Assembly: GCA_963699755.1 (NCBI GenBank)
Contig: CAVOVB010000004.1
Span: 128,001 to 192,000, forward strand
Length of the DNA stretch: 64,000 nucleotides
Direction: 5' to 3'
From: an uncultured delta proteobacterium
Lineage (GTDB): Bacteria > Myxococcota_A > Polyangia > Polyangiales > Houyiibacteriaceae
Positions 1 to 7,536 of this stretch are shown here, piece by piece. Under the pieces are notes generated by a model that was not told where the DNA came from, did no database searches, and saw nothing but the letters and a program-made list of their open reading frames with translations. The first letter of the stretch is position 1. Each line of letters opens with the position of its first letter. The position numbers and the translations under genes are program-made.

Positions 1-93
1 CGCGTCGTCGCGCAGGGAACCCCCGAGACGATTGCCAAGCGGAAGCGGAGTCACACGGGGGAGGTGTTGCGAAGGGAGATGGGACGGGGGTAG
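1..93 (+). CDS. uvrA: 3' end of excinuclease ABC subunit A (partial, runs off window start)
   Basis: Frame 1 reads RVVAQGTPETIAKRKRSHTGEVLRREMGRG*, matching the UvrA C-terminal pattern 'VVAxGTPE...SHTG..L'; stop TAG at 91-93. Not in the ORF track. Confidence 0.7.
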   Translation, partial: RVVAQGTPETIAKRKRSHTGEVLRREMGRG

Positions 94-98
94 GGGCA

Positions 99-416
99 GT
101 GGACCGGGACGAAAAAAAATGGCGCGACACGGGGCTGAGGCAGATTCCTTCGGTGGTTCGGAAGCGGGACCGATCACTCTTCGACCAAATCCACCGGGCG
201 ATGAACAGCGTCGTTCTCAACATCGCCGAAGCCGACGGAAACGACGCGGGAACCGCGAAAGCGCGATTCGCAACGGCCTGTGGATCGGCGAAGGAAGTGC
301 GTGCCGGGCTTCAGCGCGCGGTCGCGTACGGATACGTTCCGCCCGCAAGAGCCAAAGTGGTGGACACCACGCTCGATGAAGTCTGCGCAATGTCCTGGAG
401 ACTCTCGGGCCGCTAG
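99..416 (+). pseudogene. Four-helix-bundle protein (23S rRNA IVS protein / Avd-like family), N-terminal helix apparently lost
   Basis: DRSLFDQIHRAMNSVVLNIAEADG...RFATACGSAKEVRAGL...GYV matches the family pattern 'DQxxRAxxSxxLNIAEG...F..A.GS..E'. Resemblance begins only near nt 150; the first ~17 codons are low-complexity and include an A8 run. Confidence 0.7.
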
Positions 417-454
417 GGCATCCCCCCTCAAGACACCCGCGGCAGCCCCAGCCG

Positions 455-931
455 TCAGTGGGTACCCAGCTCTTTCAGATCCGGCCCCGCCCAGAGCTTC
501 GTAGACAGCTTCGCCTGCAGGTCGGCCGCGGTCAGGCCGTGGCGGACCTCGCGGACACGAAGGCCTTGCGCGCTGAAGTCGAAGACGGCGAAGGGGCAAA
601 TGAGACGCGTGATTTGGATGCCGACATCGCCTCGCACGCAAACGAGCGAGCCGAGCTGGTCGAAGCTGCTCTGGCTCAGTCCGACGACTGGGCAGTTCAA
701 CTCGGACGGATCTGCGTCCGTGACGGCAAAGCCCTCCGGCGAAACCGCGCTCACTTCGACGAACGCAATCTCCGCAGGCTTCAGCAGGGCGCCTTCGCTA
801 TGTAAGTCGATTGCGATCCTCAACGCTTGGGGTAGTCCGTCGCCAAACCAGACACCCCGTTTGGATTCGCACTCCTCGGCGGCGCGCGAGAGCAGGCGCT
901 CCAGGTTAGCTGCGTGCTCGGGCGATGGCAT
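455..931 (-). CDS. Short CoA-transferase beta-subunit-like protein (ScoB/AtoA-like, internally deleted)
   Basis: RAAEE...VWFGDGLPQAL...LHSEGALL resembles the ScoB N-terminus; ITRLICPFAVFDFSAQGLRVREVRHGLTAADLQAKL resembles its C-terminus. Start is uncertain (ATG 931 overlaps the carA end). Confidence 0.5.
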   Translation of the reverse strand: MPSPEHAANLERLLSRAAEECESKRGVWFGDGLPQALRIAIDLHSEGALLKPAEIAFVEVSAVSPEGFAVTDADPSELNCPVVGLSQSSFDQLGSLVCVRGDVGIQITRLICPFAVFDFSAQGLRVREVRHGLTAADLQAKLSTKLWAGPDLKELGTH

Positions 932-2018
932 CGGTGAACCGACGGAACAGGTACCGCGAGTCGTGCGGTCCCGCGGCGGCCTCGGGGTGAAACTGGACGC
1001 TGAACGCGCCGGTTTCGACGTGCTCAATCCCTTCGCAGGTGTTGTCGTTGAGGTGCAGATGGGTGACCTCGCTCTTGCCTCTGAGCGAGTCGACGTCGAC
1101 GCAGAAACCGTGGTTCTGGGTGGTGACCTCGATGCGGCCCGTTTGCAGGTCCTTGACTGGCTGATTGAGACCTCGATGGCCGAACTTGAGCTTGTAGGTC
1201 TGCCCTCCGAGCGCGAGGCTCATCAACTGATGTCCGAGACAAATGCCGAAGATTGGACGCTGCCCGAGAAGCTCGCGCACGGTTGCGATGCCGCCGGAGA
1301 CAGCGGCCGGGTCGCCCGGACCATTCGAGAGGAAGATGCCGTCCGGATCGAGCGCCAGCACCTCTGCAGCACTTGTAGTCGCCGGAACGACCGAAACTTT
1401 GCAGCCCTCGTCGACGAGGCAGCGCAGAATGTTCCGCTTGACTCCGAAGTCGATCGCAACGACGCGCCAGGGGCGGGCGCCTTTGCGTGGCTCGGCCCAT
1501 ACGCCGCTGCCCTCAGCCCACTCGTAGACTTCTTGCGTCGTCACCTCGCCGGTGAGGTTCTGGCCGGTCATTGGAGGTGCGGCTTTCGCGCGGTCGTGCA
1601 GCGTCGCAGGGTCTTCGGTCCCGACCGCCGCCATCTGCGCACCCTGGTCCCGGATGTGCCTGGTGAGCGCCCTGGTGTCGACGCCGGTGATTCCTACGAC
1701 GCCTTGCGTCTTCAAGTAACCGTCGAGCGACTCCCTGGTGCGCCAGCTACTCTCGACGGCAGACAACTCCCGTACGACGAAACCGCGAAGGGCAGGGCGC
1801 CTGGCCTCGCCGTCCTCGACCGTGATGCCGGTATTGCCTATTTGCGGCGCCGTCATGGTCACGATCTGTCCGCAATACGAAGGATCGGTCAGCACTTCTT
1901 CGTAGCCAGTCATACCGGTGGTGAATACCGCTTCGCCCGTGGCCGCGCCCTGCGCGCCAAAGCTGGTCCCCGAAAAGCGAGTTCCATCCGCGAGTACCAG
2001 GTGTGCTTGTTTGGTCAT
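906..2018 (-). CDS. carA: Carbamoyl-phosphate synthase small subunit
   Basis: GEAVFTTGMTGYEE, LSNGPGDP, FGICLGHQL (catalytic Cys), QNHGF, QFHPEA. Confidence 0.97.
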   Translation of the reverse strand: MTKQAHLVLADGTRFSGTSFGAQGAATGEAVFTTGMTGYEEVLTDPSYCGQIVTMTAPQIGNTGITVEDGEARRPALRGFVVRELSAVESSWRTRESLDGYLKTQGVVGITGVDTRALTRHIRDQGAQMAAVGTEDPATLHDRAKAAPPMTGQNLTGEVTTQEVYEWAEGSGVWAEPRKGARPWRVVAIDFGVKRNILRCLVDEGCKVSVVPATTSAAEVLALDPDGIFLSNGPGDPAAVSGGIATVRELLGQRPIFGICLGHQLMSLALGGQTYKLKFGHRGLNQPVKDLQTGRIEVTTQNHGFCVDVDSLRGKSEVTHLHLNDNTCEGIEHVETGAFSVQFHPEAAAGPHDSRYLFRRFTDAIARARS

Positions 2019-3319
2019 CTTCCGAGCTCGTGCACTACCTTGCCACCCACGATGGTCATGACGGGCCTCCCCGTGAGCTCACGACCGAGCAGTGGGGTGT
2101 TGTGCGATTTGGAGCGTAGCGCTTCTTTGTCGAGAATCCATCGGGCCTCCGGGTCGACGACGGTGACGTCGGCGCGTCGCCCGACCTTGAGGGAGCCTCC
2201 TTCGAAATCCGGGAGAAGGCGAGCCGGAGCCGTCGACAGTGCCTCGACGAGGCGAAGTGGTTTGAGCACGCCCTCTCGAACGAGCTGGAACATCGAGCCT
2301 ATCGCCGTTTCGAGCCCGTTGATCCCCACCGAGGCGGCTTCGAACTCGCAATCCTTTTCGAGGTCGGTGTGCGGCGCATGGTCGGTCGCGATGCAATCGA
2401 TCGTCCCGTCGGCGAGCGCCTCTCGAAGCGCCTCACGGTCTTCGGCTTCGCGAAGCGGAGGATTGACCTTGCAATAGGTGTCGTAGCTGAGGAGGGCCTC
2501 GTCGGTGAAGAGCAGATGGTGTGGCGTCACCTCGGCCGACACAGCCAAGCCGCGCGACTTCGCCTCCCGAATCAGCCGAACGGCGCCGAGGCTCGAGATG
2601 TGGGCGACGTGATACCGGGCGCCGGTGGTCTCGGCCAGAATCAAGTCACGGGCGACGATGATGTCCTCGGCTGCCCGCGGCCAGCCCCGCAGCCCAAGCT
2701 GGGTCGACTGCGCACCCTCGTGCATCTGCGCGCCCTCTGTCAGATCATGGTCCTCACAATGCTGACTCACGAGCAGATCGAACGTCCGCGCGTACTCCAT
2801 CGCGTGTCGCATGACTGCGGCGTTCATCACACAGACGCCATCGTCGCTCACGCCGATCGCACCGGCATCGCGAAGGTCGGCCATCTCGGTGAGCTCGACG
2901 CCTTTTTGCCCCCTGGTCACCGCACCAAAAGGCAACATGCGCGTACCGCCGTGCTCCTCCGCCCGAGCCAGCATCATTTCGGTGATCGCCCGCGTGTCGT
3001 TCGCCGGCTTGGTATTTGGCATCGGGCATACCGCCGTGAAGCCGCCTGCTGCGGCTGCGTCGAGGCCGGACCCGATGTCTTCTTTGTACTCCTGCCCGGG
3101 CTCACGCAGATGGACGTGAAGGTCGATGAAGCCGGGACAAACCCAGAGCCCAGCCGCATCCACGATGCGAACCGCGTCACTTGCCGGATAGGCGGCGCCC
3201 GCATCGCGACCGAGCGCCTTGATGCGTCCGGCCTCGATCACCACATCGGTGGCTTGGTCGAGCCCCTGTGATGGATCGAGAACGCGGCCGCCGCGCAAGA
3301 CGATCAGCTCGGTCAACAT
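2015..3319 (-). CDS. pyrC: Dihydroorotase (multifunctional-complex type)
   Basis: PGFIDLHVHLREPG, MPNTKP, EVTPHHL, KVNPPLR, ATDHAPH; 4-nt overlap with carA. Confidence 0.96.
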   Translation of the reverse strand: MLTELIVLRGGRVLDPSQGLDQATDVVIEAGRIKALGRDAGAAYPASDAVRIVDAAGLWVCPGFIDLHVHLREPGQEYKEDIGSGLDAAAAGGFTAVCPMPNTKPANDTRAITEMMLARAEEHGGTRMLPFGAVTRGQKGVELTEMADLRDAGAIGVSDDGVCVMNAAVMRHAMEYARTFDLLVSQHCEDHDLTEGAQMHEGAQSTQLGLRGWPRAAEDIIVARDLILAETTGARYHVAHISSLGAVRLIREAKSRGLAVSAEVTPHHLLFTDEALLSYDTYCKVNPPLREAEDREALREALADGTIDCIATDHAPHTDLEKDCEFEAASVGINGLETAIGSMFQLVREGVLKPLRLVEALSTAPARLLPDFEGGSLKVGRRADVTVVDPEARWILDKEALRSKSHNTPLLGRELTGRPVMTIVGGKVVHELGR

Positions 3320-3328
3320 AGCGGTCCG

Positions 3329-3357
3329 CGCTTACGTGACGGACCCAAACCAGTCAA
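3329..3357 (-). promoter_or_regulatory. Putative sigma70 promoter of pyrC-carA (near-leaderless)
   Basis: TTGACT-17 nt-TAAGCG, 9 nt before the ATG, no Shine-Dalgarno. Confidence 0.45.
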
Positions 3358-3362
3358 CCCGC

Positions 3363-3605
3363 TCAGCCAGCTTTGCGGTGAAGATCGTCGTCGTCCGCCG
3401 CAACCACGGTGCCGACCGAGGACGACATCTTGGACTCCGATTTCTTTTCTTCGACGCGCTTCTTCATCGTCATGACCTTGCGGTAGACCGACGCGAAGTC
3501 TTTGTTGCGGGTGGCCATGGAGGGCGTGCCGCCGCGCAGGAGGGTTTGGAGTATGAATTCGAGAACCTGAATCTCGCCTTCGGAGAAACTATTGCTGATG
3601 CGCAT
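3363..3605 (-). CDS. Small hypothetical protein (80 aa)
   Basis: MRISNSFSEGEIQVLEFILQTLLRGG...; helical and protein-like, with the host's GC-rich third codon positions; GGAG upstream. Confidence 0.65.
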   Translation of the reverse strand: MRISNSFSEGEIQVLEFILQTLLRGGTPSMATRNKDFASVYRKVMTMKKRVEEKKSESKMSSSVGTVVAADDDDLHRKAG

Positions 3606-3634
3606 GCGATCGGATCTACCACCGCTCCGGCTAC

Positions 3635-3676
3635 ATGACAATCGGTGACGTGCAGTGTAGGGTCACAACATGTCAT
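3635..3676. promoter_or_regulatory. Dyad-symmetric candidate operator ATGACA-N4-GTGAC-N12-GTCAC-N4-TGTCAT
   Basis: Two nested perfect inverted repeats with symmetric spacers, 30-71 nt upstream of the 80-aa gene. Confidence 0.45.
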
Positions 3677-3820
3677 ATGGGTTCGAGGTTTGCGCTGCAA
3701 CAGGCCTGGAAGCAGCGTTTCCTGGCCTTCACTGCCCGGCCTTGGACGATCGCCCCTGGGCCCTTCCATTCCGCAAAAGGGTTGACAAACGGGTCTGGGA
3801 CGCGGCCTGTCGTACAGGAG

Positions 3821-5524
3821 CTAGCGGTCGGCTGCCGTCACGCGGACGATCTCGTCGATCGTCGTGACCCCTTCGAGCACCTTGTTCAGTCCAGCCCGAC
3901 GCAGAGTCGCAACGCCGTCGCGAATCATCTCGTCCTTCACTTCCGCGGTCGACCCGCCCTGAAGGACGATTTCACGGAGCCGGTCCTTGAACGGCATGAC
4001 CTCATAGAGCGCGATTCGACCCTTGTAGCCGGTGTCGTTGCAGACCTTGCAGCCAGTGCCGCGGAATGCGACCGCACTGGCGATTTCATTCTCGTCGAAG
4101 CCCACGTCGATCAGCACCTGCTCGTCGGTCGGCACCTGAACCTTGCACTCCGTGCAGATCTTCCGAGCGAGACGTTGAGCCAGGACGAGGTTGACCGAGG
4201 CGGTGACCAGGAACGGCTCGACGCCCATGTTGAGAAGGCGAGTCACCGTGCTCGGCGCATCGTTGGTATGAAGCGTCGACAAGACCAAGTGGCCCGTCAA
4301 CGCGGCCTTGACCGCGATCTCGGCGGTTTCGAAGTCTCGAATCTCTCCGACCATGATGATGTCGGGATCCTGACGGAGGAACGACCGCAGGGCCGCGGCG
4401 AAGTTGAGCCCGATATCCTCGTGCATCTGCACCTGGTTGATCCCCATCAAGTTGAACTCGATCGGGTCCTCGGCCGTACTGATGTTAGTCCCGACTTCAT
4501 TCAGGTCCGACATCGCAGAGTAGAGTGTGGTCGTCTTGCCGGAACCTGTGGGCCCAGTGACCAGCACCATCCCGAAAGGCTGGTGAATCGCGTCGCGAAA
4601 ATCCGAGAGTGGCTTCTGCTCGAAACCGAGCTTCGTCATGTCGAGCTGCAAGTTCGACTTGTCGAGGAGACGCAGGACGATCTTCTCGCCCCAGAGCGTA
4701 GGGACGGACGATACACGATAGTCCATCTCGCGGCCCTTACCGAGCTTGAGCTTGATGCGGCCATCCTGTGGCAAACGGCGCTCGGCAATATCGAGTGAGC
4801 TCATGATCTTGAGACGCGAGGCGATCGCATTCTTGAGCTTGATCGGCGGTGTCATCTCCTCGTGGAGCACACCGTCGACGCGGTACCGGACACGAAGGAC
4901 ACGCTCGTATGGCTCGACGTGGATATCGGAAGCGCCCTGTTTGATCGCGTTCAACAAAATCGCATTGCAGAGCCGAACGACCGGCGCGTCCTCGCTCGCG
5001 CGTTCGAGGTCGAGGAGGTTGTCGTCGTCCTCGGTCGTGGCGACTTCGATCTCCGATTCATCGAAGCCCTCCATGATGTCGTCGTATGAGATCTCCGGCT
5101 GTGCGTACGCTTTCTCGAGCGCCGCCAAGATGGCGCTTTCGGACGAAACGACCGGCTCCACGTTGTAGCCAGTGAGGAACTTCACGTCGTCGATCGCGTT
5201 TAGGTTTGACGGGTCGGCCATCGCGACGATCAGCGAGCTCCCGGCTCGTGACACCGGGATAATCTTGTGACGCTCGCAAACCTGCGGACTGATCAACTTC
5301 AGGATCTCGCGATCAATTTCATATTCGGACAGGTCGATTGCTTGGACGCGATATTGTTCACTCAGGAAGTCGGTGATCTCTTGGTCGGAAATCGCGCCGA
5401 GCCGAGCCAGGGCATACCCCAGACTGATATTGTCATCCTTCTGCTGCTTCTGCGCTTCACGCAGTTGCTCGAGGCTGATTCTCTTCTCGCGTACGAGGAG
5501 CTCGCCCAGTCTGTTTCTGCTCAT
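3821..5524 (-). CDS. pilB: Type IV-A pilus assembly ATPase PilB
   Basis: N-terminal RLGELLVRE (MshEN-like), ASDIHVEP, ERRLPQDGR, Walker A GPTGSGKTT, RQDPDIIMVGEIRD, GHLVLSTLHTNDA, tetracysteine motif. Confidence 0.95.
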   Translation of the reverse strand: MSRNRLGELLVREKRISLEQLREAQKQQKDDNISLGYALARLGAISDQEITDFLSEQYRVQAIDLSEYEIDREILKLISPQVCERHKIIPVSRAGSSLIVAMADPSNLNAIDDVKFLTGYNVEPVVSSESAILAALEKAYAQPEISYDDIMEGFDESEIEVATTEDDDNLLDLERASEDAPVVRLCNAILLNAIKQGASDIHVEPYERVLRVRYRVDGVLHEEMTPPIKLKNAIASRLKIMSSLDIAERRLPQDGRIKLKLGKGREMDYRVSSVPTLWGEKIVLRLLDKSNLQLDMTKLGFEQKPLSDFRDAIHQPFGMVLVTGPTGSGKTTTLYSAMSDLNEVGTNISTAEDPIEFNLMGINQVQMHEDIGLNFAAALRSFLRQDPDIIMVGEIRDFETAEIAVKAALTGHLVLSTLHTNDAPSTVTRLLNMGVEPFLVTASVNLVLAQRLARKICTECKVQVPTDEQVLIDVGFDENEIASAVAFRGTGCKVCNDTGYKGRIALYEVMPFKDRLREIVLQGGSTAEVKDEMIRDGVATLRRAGLNKVLEGVTTIDEIVRVTAADR

Positions 5525-5556
5525 ACCTGCAATTTCCCCAACTCAGATCCAGTCTT

Positions 5557-5585
5557 AGTATATTTATTCACGAAAGTCCGGTAAA
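5557..5585 (-). promoter_or_regulatory. Putative sigma70 promoter of pilB
   Basis: TTTACC-17 nt-TATACT in an AT-rich patch, ~32 nt upstream of the ATG. Confidence 0.55.
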
Positions 5586-5775
5586 CTCAAGTGTAGGTGC
5601 ATGGGCGCGCGCGGGCTAGGCGGTCGATTTCGAGGAGAGCCACTCCGAGCGCTAGCCTACCTCTGTACAAAGCTCTTGGCGAAAAGACCGCGTTTCTCCG
5701 GGTTTATCGGTGCTTTCAGGGGCCACGAGGAGGTCTTGGCTTGCCGCCACTTAGCCCTCGCGGTACCGAGCGGGA

Positions 5776-6672
5776 GTGGCGAAGCCAAAAAAACAAATCA
5801 CGGCAGCCCCCAAAGACCAAGGGGAGGCGCTCGAGCAGATCGAGCAGCCCAAGATGAACTGGAAGGTGCTGGGCCTCATCGGCCTGGCCTTGGCGGTGGT
5901 CTGGGTCATCGCCGGCATCCTGCAGCCGAGCATCGGCTACGTCGGACTGATCATCGCTGCGGTGCTCACCGCCGTTGCCCTTGGCTTTCTCATCTGGATC
6001 TGGCGGCTCACCCGCAAGTCGGCGGACATCGCGGCCATTCTCAAGGGCGCGACCGACAAGGAAGGGCGCTTGGCCGCCTTGGAGCAACTGAGAGCCAGAC
6101 AGGCTCCGGGTGGCAAGGATGCGCTCAACGCCATCGCCCAGGCGCAGCTCGTGGCGCAGGAAGATCCGGCAGAGGCGATTCGCATTCTCGAGGCGATCGA
6201 CATCAACAAGGCGCCCGCGATGGTGCAGGACGATGTCAGGGCCAACCTCGCGATGTTCTACTTGATGACCGGACGCGCACGAGACGCGCGCGACCTTGCC
6301 AACGACATTCGGCTCGACCGCCAGCCGCAGGCCAAGGCCAAAGCGATGTATGCCGCCGTAGTTGCAGAGTCGTTCGCGCGGACGGGAAACGCCGATGAAG
6401 CGCGCAAGCTGCTCGAAACCTACGATGCGAAGGATAAGGAGTTTGGGCAGATTTCCGGAATGCTCCTCCGCGCCCAAGTCTATACCTACACCGCGACGAA
6501 GAAGAGCGGACGCGCACGCGAGGCGATGGAGCAGCTTCTCGAAGTGGATCCGAACATGGTCGCAGCCTTCATTCAGAAGGGGACGCGTCCCGAGCTCAGC
6601 CGCCTCGCCAAGCAGGTGCTCTCGGGCGCCGGGGCGCTACCCAAGCCGAAGATGCGCGTGCGTACGCGCTAG
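5776..6672 (+). CDS. Membrane-anchored TPR-like protein
   Basis: Two N-terminal hydrophobic helices followed by Ala-rich helical repeats; GTG start. Confidence 0.75.
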   Translation: MAKPKKQITAAPKDQGEALEQIEQPKMNWKVLGLIGLALAVVWVIAGILQPSIGYVGLIIAAVLTAVALGFLIWIWRLTRKSADIAAILKGATDKEGRLAALEQLRARQAPGGKDALNAIAQAQLVAQEDPAEAIRILEAIDINKAPAMVQDDVRANLAMFYLMTGRARDARDLANDIRLDRQPQAKAKAMYAAVVAESFARTGNADEARKLLETYDAKDKEFGQISGMLLRAQVYTYTATKKSGRAREAMEQLLEVDPNMVAAFIQKGTRPELSRLAKQVLSGAGALPKPKMRVRTR

Positions 6673-6678
6673 GGGCTC

Positions 6679-7536
6679 GTGACCTCTCGAACCTGGACCA
6701 TCCGGGAAGTCCTCGACTGGACCGCGAAGGACTTCGCCGGACGAGGCATCGAAAGCCCAAGGCTCGATGCGGAGCTCCTGGTCGCCAAGGCGCTCGGGAC
6801 CGACCGGATCGGACTGTATCTAGATCTCGACCGACCCCTCGGCGACACCGAGCGAGGCGCGATTCGTCCATTGGTTGCGAGGCGCAGGGAACGGGAGCCA
6901 GTAGCGTACATTCTCGGGTACCGGGACTTCTACGGCCGGCGTTTCAAGGTGACGGCTGATGTTCTGATTCCGCGCCCGGATACCGAGACACTGGTGGAGC
7001 ACGCACTCGAATGCGTCCCAGAGGATGCCGCCTCCCGGGTGCTCGACGTGGGAACCGGCAGCGGCGCCCTCGCAGTGACGATTGCGGCGGAGCGGCCCTT
7101 GGCGATGGTCGTCGCGACCGACATCTCCGAGGCCGCTTTGAAAGTCGCCGCGGACAATGCCGAGCAACTCGGGGTCGCAGACCGGATCCGATTCGAGCGC
7201 GCCGACCTGCTTAGCGGCGCCGAACAATACGACGTCATCGTGTCCAACCCGCCCTACATTCCGAAGTCGGACATGGAATCTTTGCAGGTTGAGGTGAGGG
7301 AGCATGAGCCGACCTGCGCGCTCGAGGCCGGCGAAGATGGACTCGACGTGATCCGGGCTTTGTTGACCGCGAGCGAACGTGCCAGCGCAACCGGCGCGCA
7401 GATGTTGCTTGAAATCGGGATGGGCCAGGCTGCCTCGGTGATCGATTTCACCTCGTCGAACGCAGCCTGGGAGCTCTTTGCCGTCTATCCGGACCTCAAC
7501 CGCATCGAGCGCGTCGTTCACCTCCGGCGAATCTGA
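6679..7536 (+). CDS. prmC: Release factor glutamine methyltransferase (HemK)
   Basis: REPVAYILG, VLIPRPDTE, LDVGTGSG, VSNPPY. Confidence 0.95.
   Translation: MTSRTWTIREVLDWTAKDFAGRGIESPRLDAELLVAKALGTDRIGLYLDLDRPLGDTERGAIRPLVARRREREPVAYILGYRDFYGRRFKVTADVLIPRPDTETLVEHALECVPEDAASRVLDVGTGSGALAVTIAAERPLAMVVATDISEAALKVAADNAEQLGVADRIRFERADLLSGAEQYDVIVSNPPYIPKSDMESLQVEVREHEPTCALEAGEDGLDVIRALLTASERASATGAQMLLEIGMGQAASVIDFTSSNAAWELFAVYPDLNRIERVVHLRRI

Noticed and set aside
99..416. Diversity-generating retroelement suggested by the Avd-like gene
   Set aside because: No reverse transcriptase and no template/variable repeat pair is visible in the window.
600..2477. Long antisense or alternate-frame ORFs (also 3635-4798, 19908-21203, 44587-46281, 45351-47210, 47916-49547, 56017-57492)
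   Set aside because: They shadow well-supported genes and have no recognisable motifs; this is expected from GC-rich codon bias.
3320..3362. PyrR attenuator upstream of pyrC-carA
   Set aside because: Only 43 nt are available, with no PyrR-binding motif or terminator.
3699..3719. SRP RNA-like string CAGGCCTGGAAGCAGC
   Set aside because: It lacks the GNRA tetraloop between CC and GG and has no extended helix.
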